A stretch of 64,000 nt of DNA from Prochlorococcaceae cyanobacterium (GTDB lineage: Bacteria; Cyanobacteriota; Cyanobacteriia; PCC-6307; Cyanobiaceae), in assembly GCA_049317465.1 (NCBI GenBank), contig JBMOIF010000001.1, positions 20,158 to 84,157 of the forward strand, written 5' to 3'. Positions 37,750 through 50,927 of the stretch are shown here, piece after piece. A program made the position numbers and the translations under genes. Position 1 is the first letter of the stretch; each line of letters begins with the position of its first letter. The notes below the pieces were generated by a model that worked only from the letters and a program-made list of their open reading frames with translations, did not search any database and had not been told where the DNA came from.

Positions 37750-38685
37750 CTAGTCGAAGAACCATCCGTAGCTGTGCAGGCCGATACCGAGAAGGTTGAC
37801 GCCGATGTAGCAGACCACGATCACCACAAGACCACCCATGGCCAGCAGGGCCGGCCTTCGTCCTTGCCAGCCACGGGTGAGTCGTGCGTGCAGATAGGCC
37901 GCGTACACGAGCCAGCAGATCAGCGCCCATGTTTCCTTGGGATCCCAGCTCCACCAGCTGCCCCAGGCTTCATTGGCCCAGACCGCTCCGCTGATGATGC
38001 CCACGGTGAGCAGCAGGAAGCCGACCGTGATCGTGCGGTAGCTGAGGCTGTCCAGCCGTTCAACCAGGGGGATGGTCACCTGGCGAAGCTCCAGTTGGGT
38101 GCTCGGTGGATCCGCCACGGCCACGGACCCTGCCATGGCACGCCTGAAACCGCCACTGCCGATGGAGCTGCTGCGCAGGTCAATGGCCGTACCGCGATCC
38201 ACGATCAGCACCGCCATCGACAGCAGCGAGCCCACCAGCAGGGCCGCATAGCTCATCATGATCACGCTCACGTGCATGACCAGCCAGCTTGACCGCAGGG
38301 CGGGCACCAGCGGAGCGGCGTCGTGGAGCGACCCCGGCAGGGCAAAGCTGGCGAAGGCAACACTCACCAGGGCCATGGGCGTGGCCGCCGCAGGGACCAC
38401 TGGAGAGGGCCAGCTGCGTTCCACCAGCAGCTGGGTGAACGTGCAACCCCAGGCCAGGAAGCAAAGCGACTCGTAGAGGTTGCTCACCGGGAAATGACCG
38501 GAGCTGATCCAGCGCAGCAGCAGCTGAGCGGTCAGCAGCAGATTCGCCGCCACGATCAGCCCCCTCACCAGCGGCGACGATGGGCCTTCCCGCCCGCCGG
38601 TCAGGGACCAGAACGCCAGGGGGAGGGCCAGCAGCAGGCTGGCGAATGCCAGCAGACCGAGCAGCAGAACCGGATCGTCGAACAC
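37750..38685 (-). CDS. ccsA: Cytochrome c biogenesis protein CcsA (system II heme handling)
   Basis: Polytopic membrane protein with the WWD-type motif [21 protein letters not shown]. Confidence 0.9.
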   Translation of the reverse strand: MFDDPVLLLGLLAFASLLLALPLAFWSLTGGREGPSSPLVRGLIVAANLLLTAQLLLRWISSGHFPVSNLYESLCFLAWGCTFTQLLVERSWPSPVVPAAATPMALVSVAFASFALPGSLHDAAPLVPALRSSWLVMHVSVIMMSYAALLVGSLLSMAVLIVDRGTAIDLRSSSIGSGGFRRAMAGSVAVADPPSTQLELRQVTIPLVERLDSLSYRTITVGFLLLTVGIISGAVWANEAWGSWWSWDPKETWALICWLVYAAYLHARLTRGWQGRRPALLAMGGLVVIVVCYIGVNLLGIGLHSYGWFFD

Positions 38686-38714
38686 CAGGGACCAGCGGAC
38701 CGTACAGGTCTAAG

Positions 38715-39925
38715 TCAGCGGCTGGCACCCCGCAGGAGCCACAGCCCCCCAAGCAGGCCGATCACAACTGGAGACCAGGCCGAGACCACCGGTGCCACGG
38801 TGCCCTTGACCCCGAGGGAGCTCGAGACGAAGGCCAGCAGGTAGTAGAGAAAGATCAGCAGGACGCTGATGCCGAACCCCTGGCTGCGGCTGGTGCGACC
38901 GGTGGGCCTCGCCCCCAGGCTGGCCCCGATCAGACCGAACACCAGGCAGATGGCGGGGAAGGAGAACTTCTCCTGGATGCGCACCCTCAGCTTGCGGGCC
39001 TCCTTGCGGTCCCCGGCACGATCCAGCACCTGCAGGCCCTGGCGGGCCTGGGCCACGGTCATGTTGTTGGCGTCCTTCGGCAGTTCCGCCAGTTCCAGAG
39101 GATCGCTGACCAGTGGATAGAGATAACGGTCAAACTTGGCGGTGGTGGTGTTGCCATCAAGATCGCCGAAGTTGATGATGGTGCCATTGCGAAACTCCCA
39201 CTGACCGCTGCCGGGATCAAAGCGTGCCGTCGCAGCCTGGAGCATCTGCCGCTGACCCCCGCGACTGAAATCAAGAACCGTCACGTCGCGCATGGCACCC
39301 TCAAGGAACTCACGGGCATAGAACAACTGGGTCAGTCGTTCCTTGTCGTTATCGATGGCGTCGGTCACCCGGCCGTAGCGGGGATAAATGATGTTTTCGC
39401 CCTTTTCCGAGTCGATGCTGCGGCCGATGGCCCGGTGCAGAGTCACATAACCGGCGCGGTTCGCAGGGGGCACGATCACATCGTTGAACACGAACGTGAG
39501 CAGGCTCATCAGACCCGCCAGCACAATCGCCGGCACCAGGAAGCGGCTGGTGGAGACACCGATGCTGCGCAGGGCCGTGAGTTCGCTGCCACCGGACAGG
39601 CGGCTGTAGGCCAGAAGAGTGGCCATGAGCGTCGCCATCGGGAACGACAGCACCAGGAACCCCGGCATCTTCAGCAGCAGCACCCGCACTGCCACGTCAA
39701 GGGCGAGACCAGCCTCGGCCACCTTGCGCACCAGATCGAAGACGACTCCCACCGACAGGGTCACCGCCGTGAAGGCAGCAACGCCGAACAGCAACGGACC
39801 GATGAGTTCGCCCATCAGCCACCGATCCATGATCGGCAGCCTCCGCCACAGTTGCCGACCTTGACCCAGGGCCCTGGCGGCCACACCAAGGGGGCCGTTG
39901 CTTGGCATGGCGTCGAGAAGGCGGG

Positions 39926-39929
<4 letters not shown>
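38715..39929 (-). CDS. LPS export ABC transporter permease, LptF/LptG (YjgP/YjgQ) family
   Basis: MDRWLMGELIGPLLFGVAAFTAV... N-terminal TM region, a periplasmic beta-jellyroll middle and C-terminal TMs. The ATG at 39929 overlaps the lptB stop (ATGA). An alternative start is ATG 39830. Confidence 0.8.
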
Positions 39930-40654
<725 letters not shown>

Positions 40655-41167
40655 CGCGGCGCCCCCCCCCCCTGGTGTCGCCGGTGCCATGCGCTGGAGG
40701 CGTATCCAGCTGCGCACCTGATCACCGGGGGATGGATCCGCCAGCAGGCGGTCGGCTTGCACCAGGTAGGTGACCCGCTGGGCCCGGAGGCGATTGCCGC
40801 CGTCCTGGACCACATCCACGTCGCCGCTCAGGATGATCCGGCCTTCCTTGGTGAAGTACTGGGCCTGACGGGCGGTGGCGACGAGTTTCTTCTCGGGGTA
40901 GAGCACCCGCACGTTGCCGGTGGCGGTCACGACGCCGGTGACGTTGTCAGCCTGCTGCACATCCGATTCGACCGTGATCAGCGGACCCTGAGCCGGTGCT
41001 GTCCCAGCCTCCGAGGGTGCCGTGGTCGTGGTCTGCTCCGCCATGGGGAGGGCTCTCCCCAGGTCTGAGGCAATGAACAGCTGCAGCCCGGCCAGAACGC
41101 CCAGGGCCCGGGCAGGTCGCACAACCATGGCAGGCCTGACAGCAGGGCGGAGTTTAGGCCGGTGCAT
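40655..41167 (-). CDS. LptA/OstA-like periplasmic domain ORF, in-frame with lptB as sequenced
   Basis: Signal-like ALGVLAGLQLFIAS. OstA_N-type repeats are ESDVQQADNVTGVVTATGNVRVLY...ARQAQYFTKEGRIILSGDVDVVQDGGNRLRAQRVTY. It ends in a G11 tract (40662-40672) directly before the lptB ATG. Confidence 0.7.
40662..40672. repeat. C11/G11 homopolymer at the LptA-like/LptB junction
   Basis: Counted directly: g + 9 c (40661-40670), then cc (40671-40672). Confidence 0.9.
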
Positions 41168-41525
41168 GGCTGATGCTCAGGCTGGGAAGGAGAAGATCAG
41201 GGGAATCCTGACCGGACTGGAGCCTGGCGAGCAGGACCCCCAGGGGATCCAGCAGGGGAGCTGGATCCCAGCCCGGCGGCGGTGCCACCGCAGACACCAG
41301 ACGACCACGGGCTTCCCCCAGGAGCACCATCGCCCCGTGGGGATTGTTGCGCTGCCGATGAAGCAGGGCCACCGACAGCTGCACCATTCCCTGCAACCAG
41401 CGCCGCTCGGGGTCGCTGGTCTCGTGCCAGAGCTCCTCAAAGAGGTCGTGGGCCCCGTACCAATCGTGGCCGTTGAACAGATCAACGGCCTGGTGGAAGC
41501 GGGGGTCAGCCTGGAACGGCGACAA
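41154..41525 (-). CDS. DUF309-domain protein
   Basis: FNGHDWYGAHDLFEELWHE...RRWLQGMVQLSVALLHRQRNNPHGA matches the DUF309 helical pattern as I recall it. Confidence 0.7.
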   Translation of the reverse strand: MSPFQADPRFHQAVDLFNGHDWYGAHDLFEELWHETSDPERRWLQGMVQLSVALLHRQRNNPHGAMVLLGEARGRLVSAVAPPPGWDPAPLLDPLGVLLARLQSGQDSPDLLLPSLSISHAPA

Positions 41526-41527
41526 TC

Positions 41528-43336
<1,809 letters not shown>

Positions 43337-43453
43337 AGGAAAGTTGCTGAAGGCGGTTGACGGAACAGGTCCTGCCGGGGCTAGCAGGGACGGAGTTCTG
43401 AATCAGTACCAGGAGAGTCTAACCCTACGACGGTCGCCCGCGGCCGGAGGTGG

Positions 43454-44176
43454 CTAACGTCCATTGAGGCGATGGGCGGCTGCGAACTGACGCAGGGCCT
43501 CCCCTGTCCCCTCGAACCGCCAGTGCCAGGGCTCGTAGCTCACGCCCTGGAGGTTCTGGCGCGGAAAGGAGAGCTGGAAATGGAAACGGGCGGCGTTCTG
43601 CTGCAACCAGGCGTAGGCGGGGGTGGACTCGAAGCTGGCCGACAGATTGGTGGCCGGCATGGAACCATCCCCGATGTCGATGGCATAGCCCGTGCTGTGT
43701 TCAGAGAACCCTGGAGGAGCACTGACCCGGGCCCGCTCCTCCACGGTTTGGTTGCGCTCGGATTTGACCCCGAAGAAGATCTGCTTCTGCATGTCGATCG
43801 AGCGGAAGGCGCTGATCAGCCGCAGATCCACGCCTTCGGCGGCGGCCGCCTCACGCATCTGCTGAAACGCCTCGCCGGCCTCGCGATCCATCTGGAAGCC
43901 AGGGGCGACCTCGACCAACCGTTCGCCGGTTGCCTCCGGGTAAGGGAAATGACCGAGCAGTCGCCCCTGGAGATCCAGCCTCGCCGCGATCCCGGGCACC
44001 GGCAGCGGGCCGAGAAAACGCCGCTGAAGCTCATCCCGCAGCAGCACCAGCGCCCCGAGTCCGCCGCCGATGGCGATCGCGGCCGTGAGCACCACCGGGC
44101 CGATCGGCAGCTCGCGCCGTCGTGTCGACGAACGCACCCGCCGGGCGACGGGAAGTTCCTCGCGGGTTCGCGGCAT
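43454..44176 (-). CDS. D-alanyl-D-alanine carboxypeptidase, VanY-like (peptidase M15B)
   Basis: [17 protein letters not shown] (SxHxxGxAxD zinc motif) and SYEPWHWRF. There is an N-terminal TM anchor. ATG at 44176 chosen within ORF 43454..44233. Confidence 0.8.
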   Translation of the reverse strand: MPRTREELPVARRVRSSTRRRELPIGPVVLTAAIAIGGGLGALVLLRDELQRRFLGPLPVPGIAARLDLQGRLLGHFPYPEATGERLVEVAPGFQMDREAGEAFQQMREAAAAEGVDLRLISAFRSIDMQKQIFFGVKSERNQTVEERARVSAPPGFSEHSTGYAIDIGDGSMPATNLSASFESTPAYAWLQQNAARFHFQLSFPRQNLQGVSYEPWHWRFEGTGEALRQFAAAHRLNGR

Positions 44177-44286
44177 GCGAAGTCGGCCTGGGAACGTGTG
44201 GATCGTAGTGGTCAGCGGCCATCTGGCCACCAATGGTCGGAGACCGGTGGTAGCGTCGCCACAAGGCGGCTCTGAAGGTCGGGACC

Positions 44287-45639
44287 ATGTTGCGTGTGGC
44301 GGTGGTGGGCGGTGGCCCCAGTGGATCCTGTGCTGCCGAGGTGCTGGCCAGAGCCGGGATCAGCACCTGGCTGTTCGAGCGCAAGCTCGACAACGCCAAA
44401 CCCTGCGGCGGCGCCATCCCGCTCTGCATGGTTCAGGAGTTCGACCTGCCCGACGGGATCATTGACCGCAAGGTCCGTCAGATGAAGATGATCTCGCCCT
44501 CCAACAGGGAGGTCGACATTCATCTTGAGAACAGTGAGGAATACATCGGCATGTGTCGGCGCGAGGTTCTCGACGCCTTCTTGCGTGACCGAGCTGCCGA
44601 CCTGGGGGCGACCCTCGTGAACGGGCTGGTGCAGCGAATCGACACCGGCGCCAACCGCCAGGGGCCCTACACCCTGCACTACGCCGACTACAGCGGGGGT
44701 GGGGCCACCGGTGAGGCCCGCACCCTTGAAGTTGACCTGATCGTGGGCGCCGATGGTGCCAACAGCCGTGTCGCCAAGGCCATGGATGCCGGCGACTACA
44801 ACGTGGCCATCGCCTTCCAGGAACGCATCCGGCTCCCCAAGGAAGAAATGGCGTACTACGAAGATCTCGCCGAGATGTACGTCGGCACGGACGTCTCCCC
44901 CGACTTCTACGCCTGGGTCTTCCCGAAGTACGACCATGTGGCGGTGGGCACCGGCACCATGCAGCAGAACCAGTCCCTGATCAAGGGGCTGCAGGAAGGG
45001 ATCCGTCAGCGGGCCAGCCGCCGCCTGCTGCGGGGTGAGGTGATCAAGGTCGAGGCCCACCCGATTCCCGAGCACCCCCGTCCGCGGCGGGTGGTCGGTC
45101 GGATGGCCCTCGTCGGTGACGCCGCCGGCTACGTGACCAAGAGCTCAGGCGAAGGGATCTACTTCGCTGCCAAGAGCGGGCGCATGTGTGCCGAGCAGAT
45201 CGTCGCCACCAGCCAGGGCGGTGCGCGCATCCCCTCGGAATCCGACCTGAAGGGCTACCTGCGGAGCTGGGATCGCAAGTACGGCACCACCTACCGCGTG
45301 CTCGACCTTCTTCAGACGATCTTCTACCGCAACGATGCGGCAAGGGAGGCCTTCGTCGAGATGTGCGACGACCGGGATGTGCAGCGCCTCACCTTTGACA
45401 GCTATCTCTACAAGCGGGTTGTGGCGATGAACCCCTGGCAGCAGATCAAGCTCACCCTGCTCACCATTGGAGCGATCCTGCGGGGCAATGCCCTGGCACC
45501 CGAGGGGTACCGTCCGGTGCCCAGTGCCGTGCGCCCTGCTGACGAAGCCGAGACAATCATGGCCGAAGGGGGAATCCGCGGCGGGATCCGCGTTGCATCT
45601 GTCCCCGCCGACAGGGAGCCCGCGCTGACCCGTTCGTGA
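44287..45639 (+). CDS. chlP: Geranylgeranyl diphosphate/bacteriochlorophyll reductase
   Basis: LRVAVVGGGPSGSCAAEVLARAGI...DNAKPCGGAIPLCMV...GADGANSRVAK...LVGDAAGYVTKSSGEGIYFAAKSGRM. Confidence 0.93.
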   Translation: MLRVAVVGGGPSGSCAAEVLARAGISTWLFERKLDNAKPCGGAIPLCMVQEFDLPDGIIDRKVRQMKMISPSNREVDIHLENSEEYIGMCRREVLDAFLRDRAADLGATLVNGLVQRIDTGANRQGPYTLHYADYSGGGATGEARTLEVDLIVGADGANSRVAKAMDAGDYNVAIAFQERIRLPKEEMAYYEDLAEMYVGTDVSPDFYAWVFPKYDHVAVGTGTMQQNQSLIKGLQEGIRQRASRRLLRGEVIKVEAHPIPEHPRPRRVVGRMALVGDAAGYVTKSSGEGIYFAAKSGRMCAEQIVATSQGGARIPSESDLKGYLRSWDRKYGTTYRVLDLLQTIFYRNDAAREAFVEMCDDRDVQRLTFDSYLYKRVVAMNPWQQIKLTLLTIGAILRGNALAPEGYRPVPSAVRPADEAETIMAEGGIRGGIRVASVPADREPALTRS

Positions 45640-46904
45640 GTCGCAGCGGGGTCTCCAGCGGCACGCGGTCTGACAGCATCATCGTCATCGGTGCAGGACC
45701 TGCGGCCCTCTGCATTGCCGCCGAGCTCGCTTCTCATGGCCTGACCCCACGGCTGGTTTCACCGGACGATCCCCACCAGCCCTGGTCGAACACCTACGGC
45801 ATCTGGGGGCCTGAGGTGGATGCCCTGGGCCTGTCCCACCTGCTGGCCCATCGTTGGCAGGACACCGTGAGCTGGTTCGGCTCCGACCCCACCCAGCACC
45901 GGGTTGATTACGGACTCCTGGACCGTGAGGCCCTGCAGACCCTCTGGCTGGACACCTGGCGTGGAAACGGTGGTCAGTGGCACCGGGGTCAGGTTCGGGG
46001 GGTTTGCCATGACCCTGAAGGCTCCTGGGTGATGACCGCGGATGGCGAGGAACGGCGAGCGCGGATGGTGATCGATGCCAGTGGCCATGCGTCCTGCTGT
46101 GTGCAGCGTTGCGCCGATGGCCCGGTGGCTGGCCAGGCCGCCTACGGGGTGGTGGGCCGGTTCGACCGTCCGCCTGTGGCCGAGGGTCGCTTTGTGCTGA
46201 TGGACTTCCGACCGGAACACCTCAGCCCCGAAGAGATCCTCGGCCCTCCGACCTTTCTGTACGCCATGGACCTGGGCGAGGGGCGCTTCTTTCTGGAGGA
46301 AACCTCCCTGGCCCTGAGTCCTCCGGTGGCCTTTGACGAGCTGCGCCGGCGTCTGCAGCGGCGACTGGCCCACGGCGGGGTGGAGATCACCACCATCGAG
46401 CATGAGGAGTTCTGCCTCTTTCCCATGAACCCGGCCCTGCCGGACCTCTCCCAGCAGTTGCTGGCCTTTGGTGGCGCCGCCTCGATGGTCCACCCTGCAT
46501 CCGGTTATCTGATGGGGGGCCTGCTGCGGCGGGCGCCCGACCTGGCGGCCTGTGTGGCTTCCGGACTGGCGCAGGGGGCGGTTCCCCAGGACCTTGCCGC
46601 CCAGGCGTGGCAAACCCTCTGGCCGCGGGAGCGGCGCCGTCGCCATGCCCTCTACCGGTTCGGGCTGGAAAAGCTGATGCGGTTTCCAGAGGCTCAACTG
46701 CGGAACTTCTTCGCGACCTTCTTCGACCTGCCTCAGGAGCAGTGGTTCGGTTTCCTCACCGATACCCTGCCGTTGCCATCGCTGTTCGGGGCGATGCTGC
46801 AGCTGTTCGCCGGGGCTCCCGGCGATGTGCGCCAGGGGCTGCTCCTCCCGGAAGGCCGGGAGCTGCGGCTTCTCTCCCAGCTGATCAACCCGCCAGGGCC
46901 GTGA
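45636..46904 (+). CDS. crtL: Lycopene cyclase, CrtL (plant/cyanobacterial) type
   Basis: IIVIGAGPAALCIAAELASHG (FAD fold), FLYAMDLGEGRFFLEETSL and FGGAASMVHPASGY. The GTG start overlaps the chlP stop (GTGA). Beta versus epsilon specificity cannot be told from the sequence. Confidence 0.83.
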   Translation: MSRSGVSSGTRSDSIIVIGAGPAALCIAAELASHGLTPRLVSPDDPHQPWSNTYGIWGPEVDALGLSHLLAHRWQDTVSWFGSDPTQHRVDYGLLDREALQTLWLDTWRGNGGQWHRGQVRGVCHDPEGSWVMTADGEERRARMVIDASGHASCCVQRCADGPVAGQAAYGVVGRFDRPPVAEGRFVLMDFRPEHLSPEEILGPPTFLYAMDLGEGRFFLEETSLALSPPVAFDELRRRLQRRLAHGGVEITTIEHEEFCLFPMNPALPDLSQQLLAFGGAASMVHPASGYLMGGLLRRAPDLAACVASGLAQGAVPQDLAAQAWQTLWPRERRRRHALYRFGLEKLMRFPEAQLRNFFATFFDLPQEQWFGFLTDTLPLPSLFGAMLQLFAGAPGDVRQGLLLPEGRELRLLSQLINPPGP

Positions 46905-49050
46905 AATCGGCCAGCACCGAGGCCTGCTGCCTGAGGATCGCCAGCAGTCGCAGGCGATTGCTGCGGACGGCGGGGTCGTCACTCATCACGAGCACACTTC
47001 CGTCACCGTCGAAGAATCCGGCGAGGGTAGCGGCACTCTCGGCCAGGGCCTGCGCCAGGGCGCTGTAGCTGCGGTCTCCGGAGGTCTTGGCCAGGGGTTC
47101 AAGCCGCTGCAGCACCTCCAGCATGGCGGCCTCACAGGGTTTCTCAAAACGCTCGGGATCGATGAGTCCACTGGGGCCCAGGACCCCAGCGGGCAGATCC
47201 GCATGGTCCGCCAACCGGGCCGCTCGCTGCACCACGGCCTGCACCTGCGCCAGGCGACCCGAGCGACGCAGATCCGACAGCAGATCAGCCCGCTCGAGCA
47301 CATCCGTGGGATCCCCCAGGATGCGCTGCAACGGCAGACCCGCTCCAGCCAGGGCCTGCACGATGTCCTGATCATGGCCGGCCTCCTCCAGCAGGCTCAC
47401 CAGCCTCTGGCGCAGGAACTCCTCCAGATCGCCGATCAGGGTGTCGGCCGCCAGGGGGGTATCGATCACCACCGCTGCCCAGTGCTGTCCCCCACGCCGG
47501 AGGATCGCCTGCAGGTCAGGGCGCCAGCCCCTGTCCCAGAGAATCTGCAACAGGCCATTGCCGGCCCGGCGCAGCGCATAGGGGTCGGAGGAGCCGCTGG
47601 GACGTTCCCCCCTGGCGAAGATGCTCAGCAACAGTTCCAGCCGTTCGGCCAGGGCCAGCACCGCCCCGGCGACGCTGGAAGGGAGGCCATCACCGGCTCC
47701 GCGGGGTCGGTAATGCTCCTGCACCGCCAGCGCCACCGGTCGCGGTTCTCCCTCCGCCAACAGGTACTTGCCTCCCATCACTCCCTGCAGCTCAGGGAAC
47801 TCACCGACCATCTGGCTGACGAGGTCGTGCTTGCACAGGTGGGCGGCCCGGCGGGCATGGTCGGCGTCGTCTCCAGCGATGGCCAGGGCCTCCAGCAGGA
47901 CATCGGTGCACCACTCGAGACGCTCCACCCTGTCCCTGAGACTGCCGAGGCCCTCAGCGAAGGTGACCCGGGCCAGCTGTTCGCGCCGATCGATGCTGGC
48001 CACCGACCGGTCGGCGGCAACGAAGAAGGCCGCATCGGCCAGGCGGGCCCGCAGGACCCGTTCATTCCCCTGCCTCACGAGATCACGGGCCTCGGGACGT
48101 CCATTGCCGATGCAGAGAAAGCGCGGCAGCAGCACGTCCCCCGCCTCCAGGGCCAGTGGATCCACCGCGGCGCCGGAGCGATAAAAGGGGACGTAGCGCT
48201 GGTGGGAGCGCATCACGGTGCACAGCACCTCAGCCGGAAGGGCCAGGGCCTGGGGGGCGATCTCCCCCTCGATGGGCAGTGGTGCCTCGACAAGGTCCAC
48301 CAGTTCATCGAACAGCTCCTGGGGCAGATCCGGTGTGGCCTGCAGCCGTCGGGCCATGCTGTCGACCGCCGCGCGAATCGCTTCGGCGCGTTCCTGACGG
48401 TCTACGGTCACCCCTGCCGCCGCCAGGGCTTCGCCGTAGCCGGAGGCCGTGGCCAGTGGCACCTGCGGGGTGCCGAGGCGATGCCCCCGGCTGAGGCGAT
48501 CCGCCTGCAGTGGCGGATCCGCATCGGGAAGCGCCACCGGCAGGACGGTGTCATCGAGCAGAGCCACGAGCCAGCGCACCGGTCGCGGGAAACGGCAGTC
48601 GCCACGGCCCCAGCGCATGAAACGGCGACCCTGGAGACCGCCGATCCAGCCGGGCACGAGGGTCGGAAGCACCTCAGCCGTCGGCAGACCCGCCTGGCGG
48701 ACGGTGGCAAAGACAAAGGGACCCTTCGGGGTCTCCCGCACCTCCAGGCTGGCGGGATCAACGCCGCAGCGGCCCGCAAACCCGATCGCCGCGGCGGTCG
48801 GCTGGCCGTGATCGAAGGCCTGGCCCGCCGGAGGCCCCTTGCGCTCCTCGGTCAGGTCACTCTGTCGCTCGGGCAGACCCTCGACCAGCACCGCCAGCCG
48901 CCGGGGGCTGCCCAGAACACGTATCCCGGCGAACGGCAGCCGCTGGTCCGTCAGATCGGCCTGGACCAGCCGCTCGAGCTGCGGCAGTGCAAGGCGAACG
49001 AAATCGGCGGGCAGCTCCTCGCTGCCGATCTCGAGCAGGAAGGTGGCCAC
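46885..49050 (-). CDS. glyS: Glycine--tRNA ligase beta subunit
   Basis: MATFLLEIGSEELPADF...RRFMRWG... and the C-terminal anticodon-binding domain, 721 aa. Confidence 0.95.
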   Translation of the reverse strand: MATFLLEIGSEELPADFVRLALPQLERLVQADLTDQRLPFAGIRVLGSPRRLAVLVEGLPERQSDLTEERKGPPAGQAFDHGQPTAAAIGFAGRCGVDPASLEVRETPKGPFVFATVRQAGLPTAEVLPTLVPGWIGGLQGRRFMRWGRGDCRFPRPVRWLVALLDDTVLPVALPDADPPLQADRLSRGHRLGTPQVPLATASGYGEALAAAGVTVDRQERAEAIRAAVDSMARRLQATPDLPQELFDELVDLVEAPLPIEGEIAPQALALPAEVLCTVMRSHQRYVPFYRSGAAVDPLALEAGDVLLPRFLCIGNGRPEARDLVRQGNERVLRARLADAAFFVAADRSVASIDRREQLARVTFAEGLGSLRDRVERLEWCTDVLLEALAIAGDDADHARRAAHLCKHDLVSQMVGEFPELQGVMGGKYLLAEGEPRPVALAVQEHYRPRGAGDGLPSSVAGAVLALAERLELLLSIFARGERPSGSSDPYALRRAGNGLLQILWDRGWRPDLQAILRRGGQHWAAVVIDTPLAADTLIGDLEEFLRQRLVSLLEEAGHDQDIVQALAGAGLPLQRILGDPTDVLERADLLSDLRRSGRLAQVQAVVQRAARLADHADLPAGVLGPSGLIDPERFEKPCEAAMLEVLQRLEPLAKTSGDRSYSALAQALAESAATLAGFFDGDGSVLVMSDDPAVRSNRLRLLAILRQQASVLADFTALAG

Positions 49051-49172
49051 AGGTCGCCGGCGTCAGCTGCTGACTTTATGAAGCGGAGTGGCGGGGACCG
49101 CCGAGGCCCGCCTGCTGTCACCCATTCTTTAGGGTCAGGAGACAGCCCCCGCTCAGGACTTCGCCCCGGACC

Positions 49173-50927
49173 GTGACAGCCCCACCAGATCCCAGCTCCA
49201 ACGTCCTCTCCAAGTCCGAGCGTCTCAAGGCCTCCAGCGGTCACCTCCGGGCACCCCTGGTGGGGGAACTGCTTGCCGACGGGTCGTCGTTCAGCGAACC
49301 GGCGGTTCAGATCCTCAAGTTTCACGGGTCCTATCAGCAGGACAACCGTGACCACCGCCGGAAGGGAGAGGACAAGGACTGGGGAATGATGCTGCGGCTG
49401 CGCAGTCCGGGTGGCCGGATCCCCGCAGCCCTGTACCTCGCCCTTGACGAGCTGGCCGACACCTACGGCAGCGGCAGTCTGCGGGCCACCACGCGGCAGG
49501 CCTTTCAGCTGCACGGCATCGCCAAGCACGACCTGAAGACGGTGATCGGCACGATCGTGCGCCATCTGGGGTCGACGCTGGCGGCCTGCGGAGACATCAA
49601 CCGCAATGTCATGGCGCCGCCGGCGCCTTATCAGACCGGCGGCTACCCCGTCGCCCGGCGGCTGGCCGACGATATCGCCGATCTGCTGGCCCCGGAAGCG
49701 GCAGCCGGTGCCTATCTCGATCTCTGGGTGGACGGAGAGAAGCGTTACCGCTTCAAGCCTTCCGTGGCGGTTCGACGGCAGCGCCGCGAGCAGCGCGAAG
49801 GGGCAGTGTTCAGCGGCGATGCCGAGGAACCGCTCTACGGCGCCACCTATCTGCCGCGCAAGTTCAAGGTGGCCGTCACCGTTCCCGGTGACAACGCCGT
49901 CGATCTGCTGACCCAGGACCTGGGCCTGGTGGCCTTCACCGATCGCGGCGGGCGGTTGCGGGGATGCAACATCTACGTCGGCGGGGGCATGGGTCGCACC
50001 CACCGCAAGGAGGAGACCTTCGCCCGCACGGCCGACGCCCTCGGATACATCAGGGGATCGGAGGTGCTGGCCCTGGTTCAGGCGGTGGTGGCCCTGCAGC
50101 GGGACCACGGCGACCGGGAGCAGCGGCGTCATGCCCGGCTCAAGTACCTGCTGCACGACCGCGGCATCGACTGGTTCCGCGCTGAACTTCAGCGGTACTT
50201 CAGCGGTACGCTGCAACCCCTGGAACGGGAACCCGCTCCGGTCCTGGAAGACGGCCTCGGCTGGCATCCCCAGGGTGATGGGCTCTGGTTCGTGGGCCTC
50301 CCGCTGCTCTGTGGACGCCTGGAAGGCGATCGCAAGCGGGGTCTGCGCCAGCTGGTGGAGCGTTATCAGCTCGAAGTGCGGCTGACGCCCAACCAGGACC
50401 TGCTGCTCTGTCAGATCGCCCCTTCCCAGCGGCAGGAGATCGGTCTGGCCCTGGCCGATCTCGGCTGGCAGGACCCGGCCCACACCAGCCTGCTCAGCCG
50501 CCATGCCATCGCCTGCCCGGCCCTGCCGACCTGCGGTCTGGCGATCACGGAATCCGAGCGGGTTCTGCCGCAGGTTCTGCAGCGGCTCGAAGCCCTCCTG
50601 GCCGCTGAAGCCATCGAAGAGCCGATTCTGGTGCGCATGACCGGCTGTCCCAACGGCTGCGCCAGGCCATACATGGCCGAACTGGCTCTGGTCGGGAGTG
50701 GTGTCGACACCTACCAGCTCTGGCTGGGGGGCAGCCCGCGGCTGACCCGCCTCGCCACCCCGGTGCTGGAGGCCATGCCCCTGCAGGCTCTGGAAGACAC
50801 CCTCAGACCTCTGCTGCGGCACTGGCGGGATGAGGGGGGAGGCCGCAGCTTCGGCGACCACTGCCTGGCCCTGGCACCCCAGACCCTGCAGGCCCTGCTT
50901 CAGCCCCCCACTCCGACCCGCCCGTAG
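49173..50927 (+). CDS. sir: Ferredoxin-sulfite reductase (siroheme/[4Fe-4S])
   Basis: KFHGSYQQDNRD...MLRLRSPGGRI...RATTRQAFQLHG. The C-terminal Cys cluster is ACPALPTCGLA...TGCPNGCARP. The N-terminal pattern is CysI/Sir-like rather than NirA-like. Confidence 0.85.
   Translation: MTAPPDPSSNVLSKSERLKASSGHLRAPLVGELLADGSSFSEPAVQILKFHGSYQQDNRDHRRKGEDKDWGMMLRLRSPGGRIPAALYLALDELADTYGSGSLRATTRQAFQLHGIAKHDLKTVIGTIVRHLGSTLAACGDINRNVMAPPAPYQTGGYPVARRLADDIADLLAPEAAAGAYLDLWVDGEKRYRFKPSVAVRRQRREQREGAVFSGDAEEPLYGATYLPRKFKVAVTVPGDNAVDLLTQDLGLVAFTDRGGRLRGCNIYVGGGMGRTHRKEETFARTADALGYIRGSEVLALVQAVVALQRDHGDREQRRHARLKYLLHDRGIDWFRAELQRYFSGTLQPLEREPAPVLEDGLGWHPQGDGLWFVGLPLLCGRLEGDRKRGLRQLVERYQLEVRLTPNQDLLLCQIAPSQRQEIGLALADLGWQDPAHTSLLSRHAIACPALPTCGLAITESERVLPQVLQRLEALLAAEAIEEPILVRMTGCPNGCARPYMAELALVGSGVDTYQLWLGGSPRLTRLATPVLEAMPLQALEDTLRPLLRHWRDEGGGRSFGDHCLALAPQTLQALLQPPTPTRP

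Noticed and set aside
49173-50927. Calling this siroheme reductase nirA (ferredoxin-nitrite reductase).
   Set aside because: The N-terminal KFHGSYQQDNRD and MLRLRSPGG context matches sulfite reductase hemoproteins as I recall them, and no nitrate-assimilation neighbours are present. A residual uncertainty is acknowledged.
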